64,000 nt of DNA from Verrucomicrobiota bacterium. Its GTDB lineage: Bacteria; Verrucomicrobiota; Verrucomicrobiia; Opitutales; Opitutaceae. The notes under the pieces are model-generated. The model was not told the DNA's origin. It did no database searches and saw only the letters and a program-made list of their open reading frames with translations. The translations under genes were made by a program, and so were the position numbers. The stretch spans positions 4,740 through 68,739 of the forward strand of contig JBEHYX010000015.1 of the NCBI GenBank assembly GCA_048497945.1, given 5' to 3'. Shown here piece by piece: positions 37,701 to 46,099 of the stretch. The first letter of the stretch is position 1. Each line of letters opens with the position of its first letter.

Positions 37701-40187
37701 GGCCGTTTCCGTTTCGCGGACAAATGACAAGGTTTGGGCGGGCTCGATCTCGGCCACCACCGGCACGGTCCGCAGGCCGCCCGTCGCCGTGCGGATGCTG
37801 ACAAACGAGCGGTGGGGACCAACCGCGAGGCCGGCCGGATTCACCGTGCAGGTGATCGTCTGGCTGGTCGAACCCGACAGGCCGCTGGCCGCCGACAGCG
37901 TCAGCCAGGCATCGCCCGCCCGCGCCGTCCACGCAACGCCCGGGGAAGTGTCCGGGCGCAAAGTCAGGTCCGCCGACGCGGTTTGTCCCTGCCGTACCCG
38001 GACCACGAGGAGATTGGGCGCCGTCTCGGGAGAATCGGGGCGAATCGGCCAGGTGGCGTGGGCATTGGTGGAGTCGACCGCCCCGAGGTCGGGCGCGTCG
38101 ACTCCCGCCGGCGTGAGGTTGTCCAGGGGCTCGCCGGCGGCGATACCGGGCGAGCCGCCGGCCAGCTGGAAATCGCGCTGATCCGGCGAAACGAATTCCG
38201 GATCGGCGAACGTCGCGTGCGACTCCCGGCCGGGGCCTGGTTCGAAAGTCGCGGGCAACACGCCGACCGGCGGGATCAGGTCAAAATCGAGGTCACCGCT
38301 GACGGCGGCATCGAGCCGCACGCGCCCGCCGCCCGGCTGCAGGCCGGTGAACAGGTTGTTGCGCGAGAAGATCGGGGAAACCGTGCCGGCGCTGGTATAG
38401 TGTCCGCTGGTCAGGCCGTAGCCGCTCGCCACGATCGTGTTTTGCAACAGGAAGGTCAGCCCGGGGGCGCCCCCCATCTTGATGGAGCCCGCCTGCGAAC
38501 CGCCGCGCTCGTCCCCGGAAACCAGGATGTTCCGGAAGATGTACGAACCTCCCTTGAGATTGGGCGCCGTGCTCACCGTCGCGCTGCCGCCCTCCACCCA
38601 ATTGTGCCAGTAGCGCACGTTCAGCTGGCCGCCGTCCAGCTCCGTTCCATCGTCATTCGCGCCCGCGATCAGGTTGCCGTAAATGTCGGTGTCGCGATAG
38701 GGCCCGCCATTGACGCTGCCATTCTGCAGCGACTCGATGCCGTCGTTGAAATAGTGCCCGTCCGCGGCGAGGATGTCGTTGTAACGGATGACGTGGTTGC
38801 CGCCGGTGGAATCGAGCACGATGCCGGAGGGACCGCTCGGGTGGCCGAACGCCCAGCTCGGCGAGGTGCCGGCGGGATGGTGGATGAGGTTGCGTTCCAG
38901 CACGACGCGGGTGCTGCCCGAACCCTGGACGCGGATGCCGCCGCGGAGGTAGATCGCCGCGCCCGTGGCATCGACGAACGCATAATCCAGGTCGCCCTGG
39001 TTCACGAAGGCAAAGGTGCCGGGCTCGCTCCAGGCGGACACTTCGCAATCCCGGATGCGAATGTCATGGGAATCGGAGATGCGGAGGCCGTTCTTGGTGC
39101 CACCCCGGATCGTGAGGCCCTCGACGATGACATAAGCCGCATGATCGAGCACCACCGCTTCCGCGGCACCGGAGCCGGTCGCATCAATGACGCTTCCGCC
39201 GCTGGCCGCGCGATAGCGAATCCAACCCGTCGGGGTGCCCTGGGCGGCGATCACGTAGGGACCGCTGGCGGTGGCGGGCATGGTGATCTCGGTGGCGATC
39301 GGCACGTCGTCGCTCCAGGTGACGGTGCTCGCGATCTTTTCGTCGAGCGCCGTTCCATTCAAAAACAACCGGGCGCGCACCTCGTAAGTAGTGTTGGGCT
39401 GCAGCAGCAACACGCTGCCGCGGAATTCACCTTCGGCCGTGCCGAACATCGGAGCGAACGCCAGCTGCCAGTCGGTCTGGCCCGCCGGCCGATACGAGAT
39501 CTCGAGCGTTTGCCCGGCGTAGCCGCCATCCAGCCCGGCCGAGACCCCGATGCTTTCAAAGGTCGGGACCAGGGAGATCGCGCCCAGCCGGGTTTCCCCG
39601 GCGACGTCGGCCGCGGTTCTCACTTCCACGCCGGCGAACCAGGCCGTCTGCCCGGCCGCCGTCGCGTTCTTCTTATAGCGGAGCTGGATTTCGACCCGGG
39701 TCGTGCCCGTGGTATCGAAACTGACGTCGACCCGGGTCCAACCGCCGGTCGAGCCGGTCGAATCCGTGCGCGTAAGTTCCGTGCTGCCGTTGAAGCGTTT
39801 GACCTGAAGGCGGGCGAGATCGCCGGCGGAGCTCTTCACCCAGACTCGCGCGACATACTGCGCGTCGGGCAGCAACGGCGCGCCGGAGCCGGCAACATTC
39901 AGGCTTTGCACCACGAAGCCGAGGCTCGACGTGCCCTCGTCCTGCGTGTTCACCCGCAGCGAACGCAGCTGGCTGGGAGGAAATTCCGCGGCATCGATCG
40001 AGACCAGCGCCGGGTTCTCCATCGTCCAGTTGGCCGGCCCGCCGTTCGCATCTGTCGCGGCAAAGTCGCCGTTCACCACCAGATTTTGTCCATACAGCGG
40101 AAACACCACGGTCAGCAGCGCACCGAGCGCCAGCACCCGGCGCGACAGCAATTTTGAAATCAAGACCAACGAGGCGGGGAACGTCAT
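34743..40187 (-). CDS. Large secreted multidomain protein: CBM-like, right-handed beta-helix (polysaccharide lyase-like), BACON, CBM-like, putative Ig, two Fn3-associated repeats, Ig, MBG, C-terminal domain
   Basis: Signal peptide; NLVVNGDF (CBM4/9-like); beta-helix repeats NDGIE and DDGTELDGG; LPSGLTL..GLLSGTP; two APxFSP..GTY...IRYTxDGS repeats; YQWQKDG; YDGTPK (MBG). Confidence 0.75.
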   Translation of the reverse strand: MTFPASLVLISKLLSRRVLALGALLTVVFPLYGQNLVVNGDFAATDANGGPANWTMENPALVSIDAAEFPPSQLRSLRVNTQDEGTSSLGFVVQSLNVAGSGAPLLPDAQYVARVWVKSSAGDLARLQVKRFNGSTELTRTDSTGSTGGWTRVDVSFDTTGTTRVEIQLRYKKNATAAGQTAWFAGVEVRTAADVAGETRLGAISLVPTFESIGVSAGLDGGYAGQTLEISYRPAGQTDWQLAFAPMFGTAEGEFRGSVLLLQPNTTYEVRARLFLNGTALDEKIASTVTWSDDVPIATEITMPATASGPYVIAAQGTPTGWIRYRAASGGSVIDATGSGAAEAVVLDHAAYVIVEGLTIRGGTKNGLRISDSHDIRIRDCEVSAWSEPGTFAFVNQGDLDYAFVDATGAAIYLRGGIRVQGSGSTRVVLERNLIHHPAGTSPSWAFGHPSGPSGIVLDSTGGNHVIRYNDILAADGHYFNDGIESLQNGSVNGGPYRDTDIYGNLIAGANDDGTELDGGQLNVRYWHNWVEGGSATVSTAPNLKGGSYIFRNILVSGDERGGSQAGSIKMGGAPGLTFLLQNTIVASGYGLTSGHYTSAGTVSPIFSRNNLFTGLQPGGGRVRLDAAVSGDLDFDLIPPVGVLPATFEPGPGRESHATFADPEFVSPDQRDFQLAGGSPGIAAGEPLDNLTPAGVDAPDLGAVDSTNAHATWPIRPDSPETAPNLLVVRVRQGQTASADLTLRPDTSPGVAWTARAGDAWLTLSAASGLSGSTSQTITCTVNPAGLAVGPHRSFVSIRTATGGLRTVPVVAEIEPAQTLSFVRETETALPVAGFQGGSDANAANGGYVQAVTLQSGQTAGEIGLDFDIPEAGIYFVMARVRAAGPANLIPTQDSIWLRVDSGEEYRWDLWGIGEDTWSWNRAHVVPATPTENMTGHFVLPAGAHRIVIRARELGAQVDQIMVTNDPFVPASAPGPVPVIFTGQVPDAGTGAAFQYTLVAGGEGPLTWTLVGGDLPSGLTLASNGLLSGTPAAAGSSTFTVQVRDANGDTVTRTYTLNVTLPPVAAPTFSPSGGTYTSIQSVSLASATPGAAIRYTLDGSVPTGTNGNVYAGPIELSASAVLRAVATKAGMADSAVTSATYTINLPQAAAPVFSPEPGTYSGAQFIAMTTATPDAAIRYTTDGSVPSATHGTLYDAAVPVTTTTTLKAVAVAGGALDSAVTSGTYAIGAAGAFQFGDGQLVMEAEHFTSAADGAGQRWTAVTFAGASGAENNALQGLENLGVGYPTLSSTLPRVDYAFDQAPAGNYYVFIRTFGASSTDDSVYVSLDGATAVSQVVTAARTLDWKRSPATLTIPAGRHTLTIWMREDGVVIDKIVVKASTTLPTDVGPAESLQAPAFLLSPISQSATVGDTVTFRAEAAGNPAPQYQWQKDGADLPGASGATLVLPDITLAQAGSYRVVASNGVGSVTSELAQLTVNPAHAGVTLGDLTRAYDGTPKEASAITAPAGLNVVVTYAGSVTPPVAPGSYPVTATLNDPDYVGSVDGTLVIATTALVRHAPGVNGILEGSLQLGLPESFALNSQARVSGDILVPGQPAVTLNGAPVYAGTTDGSGSATPAGYQVTLNAGATLRHVVRRTDALALVAVAAPPAPLGTRSVVLNAPGQSPGDYTTLANLTLNGSAGTVVVPAGTYGAFAGNPGTHFVFGVAGATEPAVYNLQSLTLNSGAEIELAGPVLLTMANGLSVGGGIGNSAHPQWLTLQIATGGVTLNSGARLDGVVLAPAGTVTINGNARLNGRVESDRLVINSGGVLHQMEF

Positions 40188-40285
40188 GGGGGTATTGGGT
40201 CGGGGGTTCGAACTTGCCGGCGAAACGGCACCGGCTCTCTCGGGCGAGTTTTCCCGCCCGCCCGCCCCGTGCAATTCGGCCCGAC

Positions 40286-40384
40286 TTGATACACATAAGT
40301 GCGGCGGCCATTCGCCCCGCCCGTTTCCACCCTCCTTCTTCCAATTCAGAATTCGCTAAGCGGCTTGTTCCTTATTTGTATAAG
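40286..40384. promoter_or_regulatory. Two operator-like sites (TTGAT-ACAC-ATAAG at 40286; CTTAT-TTGT-ATAAG at 40371)
   Basis: Located in the divergent promoter between the beta-helix protein and the GH28 operon. Confidence 0.6.
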
Positions 40385-40413
40385 CACGCATCGTCTTTCG
40401 ACGGGTCTGGCAC

Positions 40414-42639
40414 ATGGAAACACTGCGTCCGCCCCCCTTTTTTCACCCGATGGTCCTCTTCCCCGATCCATCCTCCGCCCCGCCTTCCCTCTCCGCCGGC
40501 TGCTATGACGTTCGCGCTTTCGGCGCGGCCGGCGACGGCCGAACGCTCGACTCCCCCGCGATCAATCAGGCGATCGCGGCGGCGCATGCGGCGGGCGGCG
40601 GCCTGGTCCATTTCCCGGCGGGCACTTATTTATCCGCTTCGATCCGGCTTCTCAGCAACGTCACGCTTTCGCTCGGTCCCGGCGCGATCATCGAGGCGGC
40701 CCCCCACGCGGAACATCCCTTCGACGAACCGGAAGCCGGCAACGAACTGGGCGAGAAATATTCGTCCTTCGGCCACAGCCACTGGCGCAACAGCCTCATC
40801 TCGGGCCTCGGGCTCGAGAACATCGGAATCATCGGCCCGGGCCGGTTGTACGGGCGCAGCCTGGTCCGCGACCGCTCGGTGCCGGCCGGCGCCGGCAACA
40901 AGGCCATCGCCCTCAAATTGTGCCGAAACGTGACCCTGCAGGGCTTCTCGATCCTGCGCGGCGGCCACTTTGCCATTCTCCTCAGCGGCGCGGAGAATGT
41001 CGCGATCGACCGCGTGACCATCGATACCCAGCGCGACGGGATGAACATCGACGGCTGCCGCAACGTGCAGGTCACGAACTGCCGCGTGAACTCGCCGTTC
41101 GACGACGGCATCTGCCTCAAGAGCAGCCTCGGCCTCGGGTATCCCCGGCCCACCGAGAATGTCGCCATCACCAACTGCTGCGTCAGCGGTTACGACGTCG
41201 GTTCCCTGATGGACGGCACCTGCCGCCGTGAGACCGATTTCACCCGGGCGCTCCCGCCGGGGGCGATGGGCGGGCCGGCGGACGCGCCCCAGGCCAGCTC
41301 GTTGCTGCATCGCGGCGGCCCGACCGGCCGCATAAAATTCGGCACCGAATCGAACGGTGGCTTTCGCAACATCACCATCGCGAATTGCGTCTTCGACTAC
41401 TGCCGCGGTCTCGCCCTCGAGGCGGTGGACGGAGGCGTGCTCGAGGATGTGACCGTGACCAACCTCGTCATGCGGGACATCCAGAATTGCCCGATCTTCA
41501 TCCGCCTCGGCAACCGCGGCCGCGGTCCCGGCACCGTGCCGGTTTCGACCGTTCGCCGGATCCAGATCAGCCAGGTCGTCGCCAGCAACGTGGACCCGCG
41601 TTTCGGCTGCATCATTGCGGGGATCCCGGGCCATTGCATCGAGGAGGTCACCCTCCGGGACATTCGCATCCTTTACCGGGGCGGCGGCACCCGGGAGCAA
41701 GCCGCCCGCGCGCCGGAGGAACATGAAAAGTCCTACCCCGAGCCGTACATCTTCGGCGAAATGCCCGCCTACGGTTTTTTCCTCCGCCATGTCCGGGGCA
41801 TCCGGCTGCACGGGGTTGACCTGGCCGTCGCGACCGAGGACCTGCGGCCGGCGATCACGCTCCATGACGTCACCGACGCCACGCTCAGCCATGTCCGGAC
41901 GATGACGGCCGCCGGCGTGCGACCGCTGGTCACGCGCGACGTCGCCGGCCTGGTGCTCGAGTCCTCCCCCGGCCTGCTCCCGCCGGCCTCGCGGCCGCGG
42001 GTCTTCGTGCTCGGCGACAGCATCTCCATGCAATACGGGCCCGCGCTGGAACGGCTCCTCGCCCCGCGTTTTGACTACGATCGGAAGCGCGATGATGGCG
42101 CGGGCACGAGCGCGAATCTGGACGACCCGGACGGCGCCAACGGCGGCGATTCCAGCATGGTCCTGGCCTACCTCCGGACCCGCCGGGCGCGCCAGCCCAT
42201 CCCCGCGGACATTCTGCTGCTCAACTGCGGCCTGCACGACATTCGGACGGATCCCGTCACCCGGGCGAAGCGAACCTCGCGGGAGGAATACGCCGCCAAT
42301 CTGCGCCTGATCCTCGCCGAGGCCGCCGCGATGGGCTTGCGGGTGGTCTGGGTCCGCACGACCCCGGTGGTCGACGCACTGCACAACACGCGTTGCGGGA
42401 AATTCCATCGCTTCGCCGCCGATGTCGCCGCCTACAACGAAGTGGCGGACGGGATCATGCGGGCCGCCGGCGTGCCGGAACTCGACCTGCATGCGTTCAC
42501 GCTGCCGCTCCTCCCCGGCGCCCTGGTCGACCACGCGCATTTCGACGAGCCCACCCGCGAGAAACAGGCCGCTTTCCTGGCCGGCGGCCTGTTCGCACTC
42601 GCGGATCGCGACGGATTTTTCCCGCCGGCTTCAGCCTGA
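40414..42639 (+). CDS. GH28 glycoside hydrolase fused to C-terminal SGNH esterase
   Basis: GH28: YDVRAFGAAGDG, RDGMNID, DDGICLKS, RIKFGTES. SGNH from ~nt 42000: VLGDSIS, NCGLHD, DHAH. Confidence 0.82.
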   Translation: METLRPPPFFHPMVLFPDPSSAPPSLSAGCYDVRAFGAAGDGRTLDSPAINQAIAAAHAAGGGLVHFPAGTYLSASIRLLSNVTLSLGPGAIIEAAPHAEHPFDEPEAGNELGEKYSSFGHSHWRNSLISGLGLENIGIIGPGRLYGRSLVRDRSVPAGAGNKAIALKLCRNVTLQGFSILRGGHFAILLSGAENVAIDRVTIDTQRDGMNIDGCRNVQVTNCRVNSPFDDGICLKSSLGLGYPRPTENVAITNCCVSGYDVGSLMDGTCRRETDFTRALPPGAMGGPADAPQASSLLHRGGPTGRIKFGTESNGGFRNITIANCVFDYCRGLALEAVDGGVLEDVTVTNLVMRDIQNCPIFIRLGNRGRGPGTVPVSTVRRIQISQVVASNVDPRFGCIIAGIPGHCIEEVTLRDIRILYRGGGTREQAARAPEEHEKSYPEPYIFGEMPAYGFFLRHVRGIRLHGVDLAVATEDLRPAITLHDVTDATLSHVRTMTAAGVRPLVTRDVAGLVLESSPGLLPPASRPRVFVLGDSISMQYGPALERLLAPRFDYDRKRDDGAGTSANLDDPDGANGGDSSMVLAYLRTRRARQPIPADILLLNCGLHDIRTDPVTRAKRTSREEYAANLRLILAEAAAMGLRVVWVRTTPVVDALHNTRCGKFHRFAADVAAYNEVADGIMRAAGVPELDLHAFTLPLLPGALVDHAHFDEPTREKQAAFLAGGLFALADRDGFFPPASA

Positions 42640-42759
42640 ACGAATGGCCCGTCGCTGTCCCATGCCGCCCTTCACCGCTGCCCGTCCCGCCGTTAACCGC
42701 AGGAGCGACTCCCACCGGAGCTCCCGAAGCGGAACCGCCGCCGCCCGGGACCATCAGGC

Positions 42760-45700
42760 ATGAAGCGGTTCGCTCTCCTCGCCTTGGGCTATGGCGCGGC
42801 CGCGGCCGGCATCGTGGCCCTGTTTGCGGTCGTGGCCCTGGGCTTCCGGCCACCCGTCGCGACGCCTCCCCCGCCGCCGGCTCCCGACATCCTCGCCGCG
42901 GTGGAAGCCTCCCGCCACATCACGTTCGACCACGCGCATCCTCCCGTGATCGCGCGCGAGGTCTCCTATGCCGGGAGCGCCGATGCCCCGTGGCGTCCCC
43001 GGCGGGAAGCCCCGGTTCTGGCCGAACTCGTCGCGGCGGGCAAGCTGCCCCCCCTGGCGGACCGGGTCGGTCCGGAGCCGATGGTGCTGGCGGGCGTGGA
43101 GGGCCTCGGCCGGTATGGCGGCACGTGGTACCGGCTCGCGAACTCGGAGCGCGACGTCCTGACCACCCAATCGCTCCTCACCACGCCCACCCTCATGCGC
43201 TGGTCCCCGCAGGGCTATCCGGTCGTGCCCTACGTCGCGAAATCGCTCGAAGCCTCGGCGGACCAGCGTGAGTTCACCTTCACGCTGCGGCGGGGCATGA
43301 AATGGTCGGACGGCGCGCCGTTTACCGCGGACGACATCATGTACTGGTGGGAGTGGGAGGTGCTTTACTTCCAGCAGACGCCCCGGTTCATGCGCATCGC
43401 CGGGCAGATGGGCACGGTCGAGAAACTCGATGACCTGCGGGTGCGGTTCCGGTTTCCGCTGCCCAACCCGCAGTTTCCCACGTATGCCGCCCGGATCGCC
43501 GATCAGTTCGACCTGCTGACGCCCGCCCACTACCTGCGGCAGTTTCATCCCAAGCTCGGCGACCCGTCCTTGATCCAGCGGCTGATGACTTCGCTCAAGC
43601 TCGGCAGCCCGATCGCCGTCTATCGCCGCATGAAGGAGTGGCGCAACCCCGAGTGCCCCCGGCTCTCACCCTGGATCTACCGGCGGTACAAGCCGAGCGC
43701 GCCGTATACTTTCGTGCGCAATCCGTATTTCTGCGCCGTCGACCCCGCCGGCAACCAGCTGCCCTACCTCGACCGGCTCGTGATCGACGTGAAGACCGCG
43801 CCGCTCATTCCCGTGGCCGCGGCCAACGGCGAACTGTCGATGCAGGATCGCCACATCTTCTACGAAAATCACACCCTGCTGCTCGGCGGCATGCAGGCCG
43901 GGGATTACCGGATACTGCACTGGTTCCCCGCGACCCGGTCGGCCTTCACGATTTTCCCCGTCCTGAACCGGCGGATCGACCCGGCCGAGCCCGACACCGG
44001 CAAGAAGGCCGCGCTGCTCAACGAGCGCCGGTTCCGGCAGGCCCTGTCCCTGGCGATCGACCGGGAGGCCATCATCGCCGCCGTCTTCAACGGCCAGGGC
44101 GAGCCGGCCCAGCTCGATGGCGGGCCGCTCTCGGAATTTCACAGCCCGAAGCTCTTCAAGAGCTTCACCGCCCATGATCCGGCGCAGGCCAACCGCCTGC
44201 TGGACGAGCTCGGCCTCGTGCACCGCGATCCCGAGGGTTTCCGCACTTTTGCGGACGGCTCCCGGATGACGTTCTTCCTGCACCTCAGCAGCGCGAACGT
44301 CACCATCGAGCCCGCCCAGTTCGTCGTCGACGACTGGGCCCGCGTGGGCGTGCGCGTGGTGCTGCGGCTGCAGGGCCGGCCGCTGTTCTACGCGCAGAAG
44401 GCCGCCTACGAGCACGATTTCGACGCGTGGACCGGCGAAAGCGAATTCGACCCGTTGATCGAACCCCGGAATTTCGTGCCGACCTTCGGCGAATCATTTT
44501 ATGCCCCCGCCTACGGCCTGTGGTATCGCTATGGCGGGCTCTATGGCGATCCCGCGGCGGACCGCCAGAAAGGCGCAATCGCGCCGCCGCCCGGACATCC
44601 GCTGCGCCAGGCCATGGAACTGCTCGACCGGGCGCTGACCTCCCCGGCGCCCGCCGATCGGCGCGCCCTCTTCCAAAAGATCCAGGACATCGCCGCGGAG
44701 AACGTGTGGTCGATCTCCATCGCCACCGCACCGCCGCAACTCGTGGTCGTGAAAAACGGTTTCCGCAACGTCCCCGACCACGCCATCGCCGGGACTCCGT
44801 ACCTCACCCCCGCCAACACCGGCATCGAGACCTATTTCTGGCAGGAACCGGCGGACACTCCCGCCATGATCGCGCAGACCAGGCAGGAGCTCCTCGAGCC
44901 CGTGCCCATGTCCGACCTGGCGTCCGCCGGCGCGCCCGGCCCCTCCGGCCACGACCGGACGCTCGGCCGGCTGCTGCGCTGGCTGATCGGCGGCGCCGTG
45001 GCCGCCGCCGTGCTGCTGCTCGGCTTCCGGCATCCCTTCATCGGCCGCCGGCTCCTGTTGATGGGGCCGACCTTGGCGGTGGTGTCGGCGATTGTCTTCA
45101 TCGTGATCCAGCTGCCGCCCGGCGATTTCATCACTGCGCGCATCACCGAGCTGGAATTCACCGCGGACGCCTCGGCCAGCGCCCAGATCGAGGATCTCCG
45201 CACCAGCTTTCACCTCGAGGACAGCCCGTTCCGACGCTACCTGCGGTGGGTCGGCCTCGCGTGGTTCGGCTCCTTCGATCCGCGCGACGAAGGCCTGCTG
45301 CAGGGCAATCTCGGCCGCTCGATGGAATACAACCGCCCGGTGAACGACATCGTCGGCGACCGCATCCTGCTCACCCTGGCGATATCGGTCCTGACCATCC
45401 TGTTCACGTGGGCGGTGGCGCTGCCCATGGGCATCTACGCCGCCGTTCGCCAGTATTCCGCCGGCGACTACCTGCTCACGCTGCTGGGCTTTCTCGGGGT
45501 TTCGGTGCCGTCGTTCCTGTGCGCTTTGGTGCTGATCTACCTGAGCAACGCCTGGCTCGGGCTCGAGGTCACCGGCTTGTTCTCGCCGCGCTACGCCACG
45601 GAGCTGGGCTGGACCTGGGGCAAGTTCGTTGACCTGCTGCAGCACGTCTGGGTGCCGGTCCTGGTGCTCGGCCTCGCGGGAACCGCCGGCATGATCCGGA

Positions 45701-46062
45701 TCATGCGCGCCAACCTGCTCGACGAACTGCGCAAGCCGTACGTGACCGCCGCGCGGGCCCGCGGCTGCCGCCCGCTCAAGCTCCTGCTCAAGTATCCCGT
45801 CCGCATCGCGCTGAACCCGTTCGTCTCGGGCCTCGGGAGCCTCTTTCCCCACCTGCTCTCCGGCGGCGCCATCATCGCGCTCGTCCTCAGCCTGCCGATC
45901 ATCGGGCCCGAGATGCTCGCGGCGCTGCTCAACGAGGACACCTATTTCGCGGGATCGATGCTCATGGTGCTCAGCGTCCTCGGCGTCTGCGGCACGCTCG
46001 TGAGCGACCTGCTGCTCCTCTGGCTCGACCCCCGCATCCGGCTCGGCCGCGGCCGCCGCTGA
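42760..46062 (+). CDS. ABC transporter family-5 substrate-binding protein fused to OppB-type permease
   Basis: SBP_5: GKLPPLADRV, LRRGMKWSDGAPFTADD, GNQLPYLD. Permease: IQLPPGDF, GNLGRS, YVTAARARG. Confidence 0.88.
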   Translation: MKRFALLALGYGAAAAGIVALFAVVALGFRPPVATPPPPPAPDILAAVEASRHITFDHAHPPVIAREVSYAGSADAPWRPRREAPVLAELVAAGKLPPLADRVGPEPMVLAGVEGLGRYGGTWYRLANSERDVLTTQSLLTTPTLMRWSPQGYPVVPYVAKSLEASADQREFTFTLRRGMKWSDGAPFTADDIMYWWEWEVLYFQQTPRFMRIAGQMGTVEKLDDLRVRFRFPLPNPQFPTYAARIADQFDLLTPAHYLRQFHPKLGDPSLIQRLMTSLKLGSPIAVYRRMKEWRNPECPRLSPWIYRRYKPSAPYTFVRNPYFCAVDPAGNQLPYLDRLVIDVKTAPLIPVAAANGELSMQDRHIFYENHTLLLGGMQAGDYRILHWFPATRSAFTIFPVLNRRIDPAEPDTGKKAALLNERRFRQALSLAIDREAIIAAVFNGQGEPAQLDGGPLSEFHSPKLFKSFTAHDPAQANRLLDELGLVHRDPEGFRTFADGSRMTFFLHLSSANVTIEPAQFVVDDWARVGVRVVLRLQGRPLFYAQKAAYEHDFDAWTGESEFDPLIEPRNFVPTFGESFYAPAYGLWYRYGGLYGDPAADRQKGAIAPPPGHPLRQAMELLDRALTSPAPADRRALFQKIQDIAAENVWSISIATAPPQLVVVKNGFRNVPDHAIAGTPYLTPANTGIETYFWQEPADTPAMIAQTRQELLEPVPMSDLASAGAPGPSGHDRTLGRLLRWLIGGAVAAAVLLLGFRHPFIGRRLLLMGPTLAVVSAIVFIVIQLPPGDFITARITELEFTADASASAQIEDLRTSFHLEDSPFRRYLRWVGLAWFGSFDPRDEGLLQGNLGRSMEYNRPVNDIVGDRILLTLAISVLTILFTWAVALPMGIYAAVRQYSAGDYLLTLLGFLGVSVPSFLCALVLIYLSNAWLGLEVTGLFSPRYATELGWTWGKFVDLLQHVWVPVLVLGLAGTAGMIRIMRANLLDELRKPYVTAARARGCRPLKLLLKYPVRIALNPFVSGLGSLFPHLLSGGAIIALVLSLPIIGPEMLAALLNEDTYFAGSMLMVLSVLGVCGTLVSDLLLLWLDPRIRLGRGRR

Positions 46063-46099
46063 TCTTCCCACCCGTTTCCCAAAACCTCCCACCTCGCAA

